From: Candidatus Bathyarchaeota archaeon
Lineage (GTDB): Archaea > Thermoproteota > Bathyarchaeia > Bathyarchaeales > Bathycorpusculaceae
Length of the DNA stretch: 64,000 bases
Direction of reading: 5' to 3'
NCBI GenBank assembly: GCA_963832745.1
Contig: CAWHVC010000002.1
Span: 64,001 to 128,000 of the forward strand
Shown here: positions 1-10,413 of the stretch, piece after piece
Numbering within the stretch: position 1 is the first letter of the stretch
Layout of the letters: each line of letters opens with the position of its first letter
The notes under the pieces: model-generated
Seen by the model: the letters and a program-made list of their open reading frames with translations, nothing else
The model's database searches: none
Told to the model about the DNA's origin: nothing
Made by a program: the position numbers and the translations under genes

Positions 1-1146
1 GCCTGCCCTGTAGGCAGTTACTGAACCGTAAAGCTTAGGGTTTCTTCGTTTTAGGTCTTCTTTAGTCCATCTAGTTATAAGCTCAGCCATTTGTCGTGAG
101 GTTGTAAAGCAGAGGGTTTGCAAGTTTTTAATTACGTTTACAGTTAGAAGGTCTTTAGTTTCTTGATGTGTTGATCGGCGAATTGTTTTTGCTGGATTAA
201 TGAAAGGCGGATTCCAAAATATGAATGATTTTTTTCCTCTTGGGGAGCCATCGTTTGAGATTATTTCAAAATCTTTTCCAGTTAGTTTCTTTGCGTGTTC
301 TTGCGGATTAGCTATGGTTGCTGATGAGAGTATGATTTGAGGGTCTGCATGGTAAAAATTGCAGATTCTTAGCAGTCTTCTTAGTAGCATGGCGACGTTT
401 GAACCAAATACGCCTCGGTAAACATGCGCTTCATCAAGCACAATGAACTTTAAGTTTTGAAAAAAACCTCGCCAGAGCTTATGCCACGGAAGGTATAGAT
501 GCAAACCATAAGGGTTAGTCAAAATTATTCTGGAATTTTCTCGTATAAATGCACGCTGCTCCTTTGGTGTGTCACCATCGTAAACGTTAGAATCTGCTTT
601 AATGCCCGTGCCTTCCTCGATTTCCAGTAAAACTTTTAGTTGATCATTTGTTAGAGCTTTCGAGGGATAAATGTAGAGTGCCGTTGCTTTTGGGTCCCTT
701 GTGAGGGCATCAAAAACAGGGATATTAAATGCCAAAGTTTTTCCTGAAGCCGTGTGGGTAGTAATAATCACGTTTTTGCCTTGCCGTGCTTTGTTTATGG
801 CTTCTGCCTGATGACAATAGAATTTAATTTTCATGTTTAGCAAATAATTACTTATATTTTCTGGAAGAGCTTCTTCCAGTTCTCCGAAACATGCGTCTTG
901 TGCAGGAATTTCTTGAGTGTGCACAATAGGGTTTTGGGAGGATTGCACTATTTGCGGAATGGTTTCTTTCTTTGGTAAGTTTACTGGTTTAGTTTGTGAC
1001 GTATTATTGATTGAGGGATGTCTGAAATTATTTGGTTTGCTGCCTCGTGTAAGAAAGCTGCCGCATTCTTTGCAGAATAAACTCTGGGAGTATTCCTGAT
1101 GACTGTGGATTTTGCCACATTTTTTGCAATAGTAAGAAATCGGCAA
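1..1146 (-). CDS. DEAD/DEAH-box SF2 helicase, MrfA/YprA/SftH-like, with N-terminal zinc finger; runs off the window
   Basis: Manual translation from TTG at 1146: MPISYYCKKCG...CKECG, HTASGKT, YPSKALTNDQ, YDGDTP, DEAHVYRGVFGSNVAMLLRRL, SATIANP, AYRAG. Confidence 0.9.
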   Translation of the reverse strand, partial: MPISYYCKKCGKIHSHQEYSQSLFCKECGSFLTRGSKPNNFRHPSINNTSQTKPVNLPKKETIPQIVQSSQNPIVHTQEIPAQDACFGELEEALPENISNYLLNMKIKFYCHQAEAINKARQGKNVIITTHTASGKTLAFNIPVFDALTRDPKATALYIYPSKALTNDQLKVLLEIEEGTGIKADSNVYDGDTPKEQRAFIRENSRIILTNPYGLHLYLPWHKLWRGFFQNLKFIVLDEAHVYRGVFGSNVAMLLRRLLRICNFYHADPQIILSSATIANPQEHAKKLTGKDFEIISNDGSPRGKKSFIFWNPPFINPAKTIRRSTHQETKDLLTVNVIKNLQTLCFTTSRQMAELITRWTKEDLKRRNPKLYGSVTAYRAG

Positions 1147-1261
1147 CTTTTTCCAGCTACAACTACTTTTATTGTTATAAAAGCGCTATTGCAGAAATCC
1201 GCTTTTTACTCATTTAAGTGCTGGAAAAGGGGGCAATGCTCCAAAACCTGTTTGTTTTAAT

Positions 1262-1286
1262 TGGTGCAGGGGGTGGGATTCGGACC
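1262..1286 (-). repeat. att site: copy of the tRNA-Leu 3' end
   Basis: tggtgcagggggtgggattcg(g/a)acc matches 24801-24825; 21 nt exact, 25 nt with one mismatch. Confidence 0.9.
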
Positions 1287-1411
1287 TCCAAAAAGCTACT
1301 GCTTCTTTGGGTCAGTCGTCAGTGGCGATGTTTCTCCGCAGCTTCTCTCCCTTTTTTCTTTTTCAGAGCGCTAAAAAATTCACTTGTTTCTTTTTTCAAG
1401 GAGGTTTCTGA

Positions 1412-1615
1412 TTGAAAGACGACTCCTTGAGTGTTGTTTATCGCCGTGGGAACAACGGTCAACTTTACGTTTGGCTATACCGTGGAAAGCTTCACCTGGG
1501 TACAGTTGAGGTTAACAACTTTAACTGCTTGACTGTTTTTCGGGGAAAGGGCAATCGCTCGCCTATTTTTATGAAGTATTTTCCAGCGGAGCCTCTACTG
1601 GAGAAAACGCCATGA
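1412..1615 (+). CDS. small hypothetical protein
   Basis: 67-aa ORF preceded by an aggagg RBS. Confidence 0.55.
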   Translation: MKDDSLSVVYRRGNNGQLYVWLYRGKLHLGTVEVNNFNCLTVFRGKGNRSPIFMKYFPAEPLLEKTP

Positions 1616-1740
1616 CTAATATGCCCAAAACAGACCAAAGAGGTTACTGCATTTTTTGGTGTGAACGCTGCCCTGGCTTGGCTTTGAGTAGTAACCGCTC
1701 AGTTAACCGGCTGGAGCTTTTCATTTAGGAGTTGTTTTTT

Positions 1741-2720
1741 GTGGCCGCTGATCGAACCGTTGAACCCAATTCACGTAAACAAGTTCAACAGTTCAAGGGC
1801 AAAATTGAACTCTTAGGGTTCTCACAGCGAGGCCTGAAGATACTTCGCATTTTAGGTACGCCTGACTGCACCGTAGCGATGCCGCCAAGATAGTTGGGTG
1901 CTCAAAGAGCCTGGTTTCCCATTGGAAGGACCATGCCCTAAAAGTTGGCGCCTTACGGTTGCAGATCGATGGGATAGTAAAGTATTATGAGTTAACGCTT
2001 TTTGGAGCTAAACTTCTTGCGAGTTCAACGGATTTCACTACGGGTGAGAGCTGTTGCGCGATGGGTACAGTGCATGTCTTGGAGGATCATGCAATGAAAT
2101 TTGAGCTTCTCAAGGAAGAAGACAAGTCTCATCCTATCGATTGGGAAAAGCTTGGCAAGCCACGTAATTGGGTTAAGCTGGGCTTTAAGCTTGGAAATGT
2201 CCGGGTAGTTAGAACTTCACAGCATATTATTATTCATCCGGGGAAGCTTCGGGATTTTAATGCTGATCGTCTTTTGGTTATGGCTGGTGAGATTGTTGGT
2301 CGGGTTCGTTTGGAGCTTATGCCGCGGTTTGGTATGGTTCTAGGTGAGGAGGGTATTCCAGTGCATGATCCTATTTGGGAAGTTTTCACTCCAGAGGCTG
2401 AAGCACTAAATGGCGCTGGAACATTCAAGGTGCACATGGCTGAGGGTGCTATAGGCGGGTTGGATAATAGTCCGCCTGATCGCAAAAGGCATTTTGAGTA
2501 TAATCGAAAAGAGTTAGCGGTGGCGGCTGTACGTAGTCCGGAGCTTTTTGTAGAGTTAGCTCAAAAAGTGGAAGTGTTGATTCAGACTGTAAGTGGTTTG
2601 GTTACTGTTAACGAGAAGCTGGTTGGTTTACTTACTCAAGCTTTCGGTTTAGTGGGCGAGGGCGAAAATGGTAACAAAGCAGTGAGGGTTGGAGATGGGG
2701 TGAACAGCTATGTCTCTTAG
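1741..2720 (+). CDS. HTH-domain backbone protein, possible replication/regulatory protein; frameshift near 1878
   Basis: GTG at 1741 after aggag; a frameshift joins LKILRILG to DAAKIVGCSKSLVSHW (HTH), in frame with ORF 1959..2720. Confidence 0.6.
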
Positions 2721-2890
2721 ACGGGTTAGGGCGTTTTTGGCTGTTAAAACCTGTTCAAAAGCCATTTTGGCACTATGTCGAGGGTATGGGAAAAGTCCAT
2801 GCTTTTTGGAAGTTGCTTTTCTACGATTGCTTGGTGTAGATGTCCGAATGCTAAAAGTGCTGTGCGTTTATGGAGTGAAAACCTTGGAGT

Positions 2891-3428
2891 GTGCATTTTG
2901 GCATGGAAGCAAGCGATGAACCTGTTCAAAACACGGCAACTTTAGCCCAAAAGGAATCGAAAAAGAAACGTAGCCAAGCTGACAAGGTTGGAAAGCTCAA
3001 GTACCTGCTTGCCAAGGACAAGAAACTCGACCGAGACGTAGCCGAAATAAAACTCTTGCTTAAGGTAATCTTTGCTGGATTGAAAGATTCCTTGCATTTT
3101 GAGAAGTCGCTTATTGAAGAGGCGGCCTGCCAAGACGAGGTTGACAAAGCCATTCTTCAGCTGCTGTTTGAAGCGGGGCGCTCCTGGGATGTTGCCTAAA
3201 GACATAGCCGCCAAATTAACTGAATTCAAGATTGCCCGGCATCAAGTGACTCGACGCATTGTTCGCATGAATAAGCGGCTGGCTAAGGAGTTGGATTCAG
3301 CGGTTGTTGAGCGGCGAGGTTGGTGCTGGGCTATGACAAGCTTTGGGGTAGATGCTTACAAGGCATCAGAGAAGGACTTACTAGCCGAAGGTGTAACTAT
3401 GCATAGCGCTTCTGAAGAGGAGACATAG
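2891..3428 (+). CDS. winged-helix backbone protein, frameshifted
   Basis: ORFs 2891..3199 and 3099..3428 join near 3180 (ILQLLFEAG / APGMLPKDIAAKL...HQVTRRI). Confidence 0.55.
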
Positions 3429-3431
3429 TTA

Positions 3432-3617
3432 ATGGCGTTGACGGAGCGGGAGCGGAAGATTTTGCAGTTAAACGCAGAGGGTCTAAGTGATTATCAGATT
3501 GCCAAAAAGCTGAAGATAGAAACACCGAATGTCTACCGCGCTCGAAAAACTGCATTCAGAAAAATAGATTGCGCTAGGACCGATTTGTCATTTGTTGACA
3601 ACTTAAAACGCAAATAA
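3432..3617 (+). CDS. LuxR/GerE-type HTH protein
   Basis: LTERERKILQLNAEGLSDYQIAKKL. Confidence 0.8.
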   Translation: MALTERERKILQLNAEGLSDYQIAKKLKIETPNVYRARKTAFRKIDCARTDLSFVDNLKRK

Positions 3618-3645
3618 CTTTGTATAAAAAAGAAGAGAGTAAGAC

Positions 3646-3810
3646 TTAATCGTCATCATCGTCTTCGTTTTCTTCACGTTGGTTTTCCCGGTTTTCTTGG
3701 TCTGCATCATAAGCATCGTTGTTCGGATTCTTAACGTCAGACCTATCGTCGTTCGGGCTTCTGTCTGGGCTACTACCGCCCCGACCGCCACCACCATGAC
3801 CACGTCCCAT
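3646..3810 (-). CDS. 54-aa Gly-rich/acidic microprotein
   Basis: MGRGHGGGGRGGSSPDRSPNDDRSDVKNPNNDAYDADQENRENQREENEDDDDD*, with a gaggcg RBS; too short for the ORF track. Confidence 0.7.
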   Translation of the reverse strand: MGRGHGGGGRGGSSPDRSPNDDRSDVKNPNNDAYDADQENRENQREENEDDDDD

Positions 3811-3939
3811 TTTGATTATCGCCTCAAAAGCAAAAGAGTTAGCGCATATAATTAAATGTTAACTGAGCTTGCTTTATTAAATTGGTCATGAAAAAAGAGT
3901 GATTATGTATTTTATTATGATCTAATGTGAAAAATGTTA

Positions 3940-4625
3940 TCAACTTTCTTGTTTTGTAAAGCGATTGAAGCTCTGGCTGAACTGCGATACCTGGTTACAC
4001 AAAATTGCTATAGTTAGTTTTCCGATTAATGGTGCTATCCAATGTGGTCCAGAAGAACCTGTGCTCTCGAACAAACGTATGTTTTGCCTTTCATCTGCTA
4101 TCCAAGTTTTGCTGTTTTTAAAGAAAGTAGAATAGTCGTTGCTCCCAAAGAAGAAAAGCCAGTCAGGGTTAAATTTTGTAACTGTTGAATCAATAATGTT
4201 GCTAAGGCTGTCTTTCCATTGATTAGTTGTGTATGAGATCTTATTTTGATAGGCGATAGTTCGATTGAAGGATGCTTGATAGCTCATTGCAGGTTCTAAT
4301 GCATGAATTATGCCATATCCTGCCGAAAGGAAAAGCCATGAGAGATTGTTTGAAGTTATCCGCCGTTTTAATTGATTTCTATAATTTGGTGTTAGCTGTC
4401 GGTAAGCAAAGCCTGTCTGGGTGTATAGGTCAAAAGCGTATGTTGTTTTGTTCCAGCTTTTGTACTAGGGTTTTTGAAGATCGTTTCACGGGTTTGCTTT
4501 AGCTGTCTGACAAGATGATCATCATTTAGGTAATCAACTGGAGTGACGCGATAGGCATTATCTGAAATTGGAATTGAGTCATTCTTACTGGCCGAGCAAC
4601 ATGATATAATGATAATACGTTCCAA
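3940..4625 (-). CDS. YaaA/DUF6884-like protein, frameshifted
   Basis: IIIISCCSASK N-terminus, then after a frameshift DLYTQTG and WLFLSAGYGIIHALEPAMSYQAS. Confidence 0.6.
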
Positions 4626-4626
4626 T

Positions 4627-5637
4627 CTATTGCATACCTCTATGCTCCATGTTCCATTGGGCTACTTTTTCTCTATACTCTTCTCCGTGAATGCCCTGTT
4701 GTTTAAGTTGATCGATAAATGCTCGGAAGTCGGCTTGTTGCTTGGTAATTTGTGGCTCTGTTGTTTTGAATATGATTGGTTTATCTTCGATCACTATACC
4801 TCTTGTTTCTTCGTTATTTCTTGTTCCTACCTCCATACCGGTTTTAGCTGGGTCGAATGCAGTGAATTTTTTTGGGCAAATTCCATGGAAGATGCAACCT
4901 ATACAGTTAGGATTGACAGGGTAACAATGACCGCCATCTCGGCGCATTCTTCCTGTACTCCATAGCGGTTCGTCTACAATCCATACATTTGAGGGAAATG
5001 CCTTTCTGACAAGTGCTTGAATCTTGATGTCGCCAGGGCTACTATCACCAGTATATTTGTCTAAAGATGGGTCAATTATTCCCAACCGAGAAGTAACACG
5101 GTAGACTAGTCTATCAATGGGGCTTTTGTAATTGGTCATATCTATGGGTATCGCTGGGACAAGTTCATGTAACCATCGCACAGCAAGCCTAGAAGTTTTA
5201 ACGCCCAGGTCAGGTGCCTTACCATCATGCAGCATAAAATAGAGTAATTCTGAAGCATCCCAACGTTTCTTCTTAACTATTTCAGTAGCCAGTTGCCGCA
5301 AGAAAGGCAAAGCAGTGATAAAAGCCTCAGTCCATGATTCCGAATTGTCATATTGGGTGCCATTTAATAATGGAATATCTTTTTTACAAAGAGTCTTTCT
5401 TAGAGCGCCTCGCCTAACAACAGCGATTGTATTTGCTAGTGCTTGGTCAGCTGTTGTTACTTGATCGAAGCGAGAGTCTATTAGGACTGCTAAGATTCGT
5501 TCATGGGTGTCTTGAAAATTACCCTCAAGTTCTTGTTGCCGGAACCATTGCATAAAAGGGTCAGGTTGTCTTTTATTATTATACGCTCTAATAATGCTCT
5601 GAAATCGTTCAAGCCAATCATTGCCTGTGGAGTCCAT
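4627..5637 (-). CDS. HhH-GPD/endonuclease III-like DNA glycosylase with 4Fe-4S motif
   Basis: PDLGVKTSRL (HhH), PIDRLVYRVTSRLG (catalytic Asp), CYPVNPNCIGCIFHGIC (CX6CX2CX5C). Confidence 0.75.
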   Translation of the reverse strand: MDSTGNDWLERFQSIIRAYNNKRQPDPFMQWFRQQELEGNFQDTHERILAVLIDSRFDQVTTADQALANTIAVVRRGALRKTLCKKDIPLLNGTQYDNSESWTEAFITALPFLRQLATEIVKKKRWDASELLYFMLHDGKAPDLGVKTSRLAVRWLHELVPAIPIDMTNYKSPIDRLVYRVTSRLGIIDPSLDKYTGDSSPGDIKIQALVRKAFPSNVWIVDEPLWSTGRMRRDGGHCYPVNPNCIGCIFHGICPKKFTAFDPAKTGMEVGTRNNEETRGIVIEDKPIIFKTTEPQITKQQADFRAFIDQLKQQGIHGEEYREKVAQWNMEHRGMQ

Positions 5638-5749
5638 GCTAATACTTGTCTGTTTGAATTAAAAACTAACGTTTCTGATCTTATCCGTTTTATCTGTTGA
5701 TTTAACATTATCCTGCTTTTGATACTATCCTGTTTAGGCTCTCAAGCCA

Positions 5750-6100
5750 TTAAAGCTGTGCGTTCAAAGGCTAAAGCGTCTTTGGCTTGCTTGATGATGA
5801 CCATAAGAAAAAAAATCGCTGTTCATCATCATCTATTACAGCTAAGCTTATTTTGCCCAAGGAGCTGTTTAGTGTTAAGGGGATCCTAAAGGATCTACGT
5901 TCTGCTGTGATGGGCTTAAAGGCGCCTGGATTGGATAAGACTGAGGTCATCGTTTGGGGGGGATTATTGCGGATTTTAAGGTGTACTAGGAGATGCTTGT
6001 TGGTTACATTGATTATCGTGGTATTGAGGCTGAGTTAATGGCGTGGAAGGTGAAATGTGCTGACCTGTCAAAGGCTATGGGAGGTTTGGCAAAACGGGTT
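5750..6100 (+). pseudogene. degraded MGE backbone gene
   Basis: Fragmented frames (LILPKELFSV...LKAPGLDKTEV...YIDYRGIEAEL). Confidence 0.4.
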
Positions 6101-6155
6101 GGTTGAAGAGTGTTTTTGTTGTCTTGTTGTTAAGGCTTAAATGTGACTTTATGAT

Positions 6156-6195
6156 TTATATCATAACATCACAAAAAAGTGATATTGTGATATAA
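6156..6195. promoter_or_regulatory. inverted-repeat operator upstream of abiEi
   Basis: ttatatcataacatcac-aaaaaa-gtgatattgtgatataa; arms match at 15/17. Confidence 0.65.
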
Positions 6196-6837
6196 ATGAT
6201 AAAATCCAATTTCCTACTAAAGAAACTAAACATAGATAAAAAAGAATTCATCACCTCAGAAGAACTAAAGCATTACTGCAAATCAATGAATCTAAACTAC
6301 GAGATAACAATAAGACACCTACTTTCCCGAGGATACTTAATCCGAATTTTTAAAGGAATATTCTACATAAAATCCCTAGAAGAAACAAAACTCGGCAAAA
6401 CCAAATACAATAATCTAGGACTGGTCGCCAAAGGCCTAGAACTCAAAAGCGTCAAAAACTGGTACTTCGGATTATACACAGCCCTAAAATTCAACAACAT
6501 GACACACGAGTCCTTTTCTGTTGATTACGTGGTCAATGACAAACTGTTGCGGTCTAAGCCCATAAACATCGCTGGATACAAGTACAGATTCATCAAGCTA
6601 TCACCAAAACTTTTACAATTTGGCATAATCGATGACAATCTGAGGTATTCGGATCCTGAGAAAACTATTTTGGATTTTATTTATACTTGGCGATATAATG
6701 GCGTTCCAAGGGAGAAGATAATTCTTGACGTTTCAGATTGGGCTAAGGACATATCAGGTGAAAAAACCATAAGGTATGCAGGTAACTATCCAAAAACAGT
6801 CCGAGAAATCGCTCACGAGGTGCTTAGATGCGAATAG
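6196..6837 (+). CDS. abiEi: AbiEi-type antitoxin / transcriptional regulator
   Basis: N-terminal wHTH (GYLIRIFKGIFY), YFGLYTAL, YSDPEKTILD; overlaps the downstream NTase gene. Confidence 0.8.
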   Translation: MIKSNFLLKKLNIDKKEFITSEELKHYCKSMNLNYEITIRHLLSRGYLIRIFKGIFYIKSLEETKLGKTKYNNLGLVAKGLELKSVKNWYFGLYTALKFNNMTHESFSVDYVVNDKLLRSKPINIAGYKYRFIKLSPKLLQFGIIDDNLRYSDPEKTILDFIYTWRYNGVPREKIILDVSDWAKDISGEKTIRYAGNYPKTVREIAHEVLRCE

Positions 6838-7769
6838 ACTTTGTAAATGAAGTAGCTAGAACGCAAAACGTCAAGAGAGCAGATTTGATAGAGAAAGACC
6901 TTATCCTTCACCAAGTGCTCATCGACCTGTCTAAGAATAAATTTTTCCATGAAAATTTTGCTTTCAAAGGTGGCACCTGTTTAGCTAAATGCTACCTTGA
7001 TTACTTTAGGTTCTCTGAAGACATCGATTTTACTTGGAAACATCAAGACGCATTTGACGGCAAATCTCAAAAAGAAATCCGGCGGTATTTGTCAACTGTC
7101 ATCGATAACATTGGAAAAATCTTTGAAGACATAGCTCAAACGCGTGGTCTGGATTTCAGATGTATGAAGGATAACAGCGACTTTGTTGAGCTTACTGGAA
7201 ATGACAAAATGTGCACATTCAAGCTTTGGTACCAGTCTGAAGCACTCGGTCGCAGGACCTTTTTAAAAGTTCAAATTAATTTTGTTGAAAAAATATGTTA
7301 CCAATTGAAAGGTGGGAAATTGAAAAGTCTAATTTCTAAAAAACAAGAGGAACTCTTTTTACTTTTCCCAGAGTACAAAGAATACACTGAAGAAATAGAT
7401 TTTGATATTTACGATCCTCAGGAAATCTTGTCAGAAAAAATTCGAGCAATACTTACTCGTAAAGGCGCAAAAGCAAGAGACTACCTTGATGTGTACTTAA
7501 TTGAGAAGAATTTTGATATTCCATTGGATGCAATTTTTGATTGTACCGTAGAGAAGACCAGATTCATTCTCAACTTATACGCAAGGTATAGGGATAATTT
7601 AGAAAAGAAGAAGACTGCAATTATGTCCACACCTTTTAATTGGGGTGAAGAGAAAGGACTGCTGTTAAAGGAAATCGATGAAAGTGCTTTCTACCAGTTC
7701 ATTGAGAAATTGCGGGCTTTCCTAAAGAAGGTTATAGAAAGTTTGCCTGAAATGGAAAAGAGCGGCTAA
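6828..7769 (+). CDS. abiEii: AbiEii nucleotidyltransferase toxin (type IV TA)
   Basis: IEKD, FKGGTCL, RFSEDIDF, EKIRA, RDYLD. Confidence 0.9.
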   Translation: MRIDFVNEVARTQNVKRADLIEKDLILHQVLIDLSKNKFFHENFAFKGGTCLAKCYLDYFRFSEDIDFTWKHQDAFDGKSQKEIRRYLSTVIDNIGKIFEDIAQTRGLDFRCMKDNSDFVELTGNDKMCTFKLWYQSEALGRRTFLKVQINFVEKICYQLKGGKLKSLISKKQEELFLLFPEYKEYTEEIDFDIYDPQEILSEKIRAILTRKGAKARDYLDVYLIEKNFDIPLDAIFDCTVEKTRFILNLYARYRDNLEKKKTAIMSTPFNWGEEKGLLLKEIDESAFYQFIEKLRAFLKKVIESLPEMEKSG

Positions 7770-8090
7770 TCCAATATTGTAATATAGTCTATCGAGAGGA
7801 CGTGTGGTCTTTTAGCGTGGACGTTACCTCATATCGCAAGGCCAATTCCCAAAGTTTAGACTGTTTAGAAGTAGTCGTCGGTGACGCCTATAGGGACTAC
7901 TACTTCTATTAAGAAAGAACACATCATCTTGGATGTTGATGACTGTAAGGAAAATTTTCCCCGGTCATCAACTACTAACCAAGTAGAAGAAGCACAAGGC
8001 CTATCATATTGTGTCATCTTCAGTTTTGAAAGGCAAAGCCAAATGTATGTTAAATGCCATAAATGAACATCTGATATGCACTCGCAGGAC

Positions 8091-8860
8091 CGCTGGAATT
8101 TAAATGGAGGTCCATATGGCAAAGGATGCTACTGGAGGACTGGATAATAGTCCGCCTAATCGGAAGCGCCATTTTGAATACAACCGAAAAGAACTGGCAG
8201 TAGCGGCTGTGCGGAGACCAGAGCTTTTTGTACAATTAGCGCAAAAAGTCAAAACACTCATTCAGGCGGTTAATGGTTTAGTTACAGTTAACGAGAAGCT
8301 GGTTGGTTTACTTACTGAATCTTTGGGTCTAGCGGGCGAAAACGGCAACAAAACCAGCAAGCTTGGAAACGAAGCAAACAGCTATGTCCGCTAAAATTGG
8401 ACCTTTAACATGCGCTAATGGCAGTAAAAATCTGTTCAAAAGCACTTCTATCACTATGCTGAGGGCATGGGAAAAGTCCATGCTTTTTGGGAGCCTCTTT
8501 TCTACGGTTGCTTGGTGTAGATTGCAGAGAGCTAAAAGCCCTGTGTGTTGATGGAGCGAAAAACTTGGAGTGTGCACTTTGACATGGAAACAAGCGAAAA
8601 ATCCGTTCAAAACACAGGATTTTCAGCCCAAAAAGAGCCAAAAAGGAAGCGCCGCCAAGCCGACAAGGTCGGAAAACTCAAAGTACCTTCTCGCCAAGGG
8701 ATAAGAAACTAGACCGCGATGTAGCCGAAATAAAGCTACTGCTTAAGGTTATCTTTACTGGCCTGAAAGAGCTAAAGGACTATCCGATTACAGATTGTCC
8801 GTAAGCTTAGTGTGGAAACGCCAAATGTAACCCGCTCTAAGAAAAACGCTTATTAAAATT
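8091..8860 (+). repeat. degenerate second copy of backbone 2414-3087 and 3473-3555
   Basis: GGLDNSPP(N/D)RKRHFEYNRKELAVAAVR in both copies; DNA similarity continues into the wHTH and LuxR remnants. Confidence 0.85.
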
Positions 8861-9047
8861 TGATCATATGAGAGCGGGCATAGATTTTATAGGTGTGTAC
8901 CTGAAATAGTTCAGATCCCAGTAGTCCACGCTATTGAAAATAACAATGGTTTGCTAATCAAACATTTTTTCTTCGGCGATGTTACTAGCCTCTGCACAAA
9001 GTTCAAATTATTAATTGGTGGCATAGATAACTACTTGGAGGCTCTCG

Positions 9048-10215
9048 TTGAAAATCGCTTTCTTAGGCTGGGGGTCGCTCGTTTGGAACCCCAGGGAACT
9101 TAAATGTGAGGGTTCTTGGAAAAAAGATGGTCCCATTCTTCCTATCGAGTTCTCGCGTATTTCAGGCGGACAAAGACTTACATTAGTTTTACATCCGGGT
9201 GCTGACCCAGTACCTGTTCTTTGGATCATAGCGGCTCATACTAAAGTAAACTCGGCAATAAGGAACCTCGCGTGCCGTGAAGATACAAACGTTGGAAATA
9301 TTGGATATGTTGTAATTAAGAATGAAAATGACTCAAGAAGCCGAATAGACGCTGTAAAATTTACAATCACTACATGGGCTAAGGAGCGTGGGCTTGACGC
9401 CGTTGTTTGGACAGACCTTGCCTCTAATTTCAGGGAATTGCGGCATGTTGATTTCACCCCCGAAAACGCAATCAATTATTTGAAAGAGTTAAAAAAAGAT
9501 GATTTATCCGAAGCTGAAGCTTACATTAGGTATGCACCGAACCAAATTTCGACAAGTGCTAGAATAGAAATTGAAAAAGCGCTAGCTTGGAAGTGCATGG
9601 ATGACGACTATCGAAAGAGAAAATGGCTTGGTTTAAGAAAAAACTTTGAGGATGAGAAAAGGATTGTCAGAAAAGCAGTTGATGATTCATTCTGGATTGT
9701 TGTACCAGATAAGCCTGCGACTTTTGGTCATTTAATTATATTATCATGGAAGGGAATCTTTGAACAAGACATAAGCGACAAGGGGCTTATTACCGATGAG
9801 ATGCACTTTCAACGGGTAATGCAGGCTATCAATAAAATTTCAAGTGTAATGAGACAGTCACTAACATCTGATGGTACTTCAAATGGGCGCAAAATGTGAG
9901 AAAGTTTATCTCCTAAGTGAATGCGAAACTGACGATCTACCGTTCCATTTACACTTAATCCCTAGATTTGAGGATGACAAAAAAGGTAATGTCTTTCTAA
10001 TTGAACGAGAATTGGAAGAATCTCGGTGGAACATTGAAGAAAATGTGACAGCTAAGGTTGAAAATGGGATAAAGAGGCTTACCGACCTTGCATCACTTTT
10101 GGAATGTTACTGCTCTGATATTTCAAGCGACAAATGGTCAAAAGGCAATGTTGAGAGAAAAGACTTAATCGAAAAAATTGGTGAATGGGCAGAATTCTAT
10201 TTGAACACAAAATAG
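9048..10215 (+). CDS. gamma-glutamylcyclotransferase-like domain fused to a HIT hydrolase; frameshift near 9893
   Basis: MKIAFLGWGSLVW...LPIEFSRIS...RLTLV; PATFGHLII; next frame EKVYLLSECE...PFHLHLIPR. Confidence 0.65.
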
Positions 10216-10234
10216 GGGACTTTACCCTTTTTCT

Positions 10235-10413
10235 TTCGGTTTCTTCTTGGTTTGTGAGTATGATATCTATGTCTTTGGTTGCAACCTTTAGGCCATAGAT
10301 GCCATGGCGCCGCCGCCAATCAAGTAAAGTGCAATGCCCTTTTTCGCTGTGCTGTCTAGCTTGTCGAATTCTTGTTTAAGATAGTCCCTATCAAAGGAGC
10401 GCCTTTGAGCCAT
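10235..10413 (-). pseudogene. truncated DUF6036/AbiEii-like nucleotidyltransferase
   Basis: Fragments MAQRRSFDRDYL, YLIGGGAMA, GLKVATKDIDII, with frameshifts and truncation. Confidence 0.7.

Noticed and set aside
3603-3803. Track ORF MVMVVAVGAVV...
   Set aside because: Alternative frame of the RBS-bearing microprotein at 3646-3810
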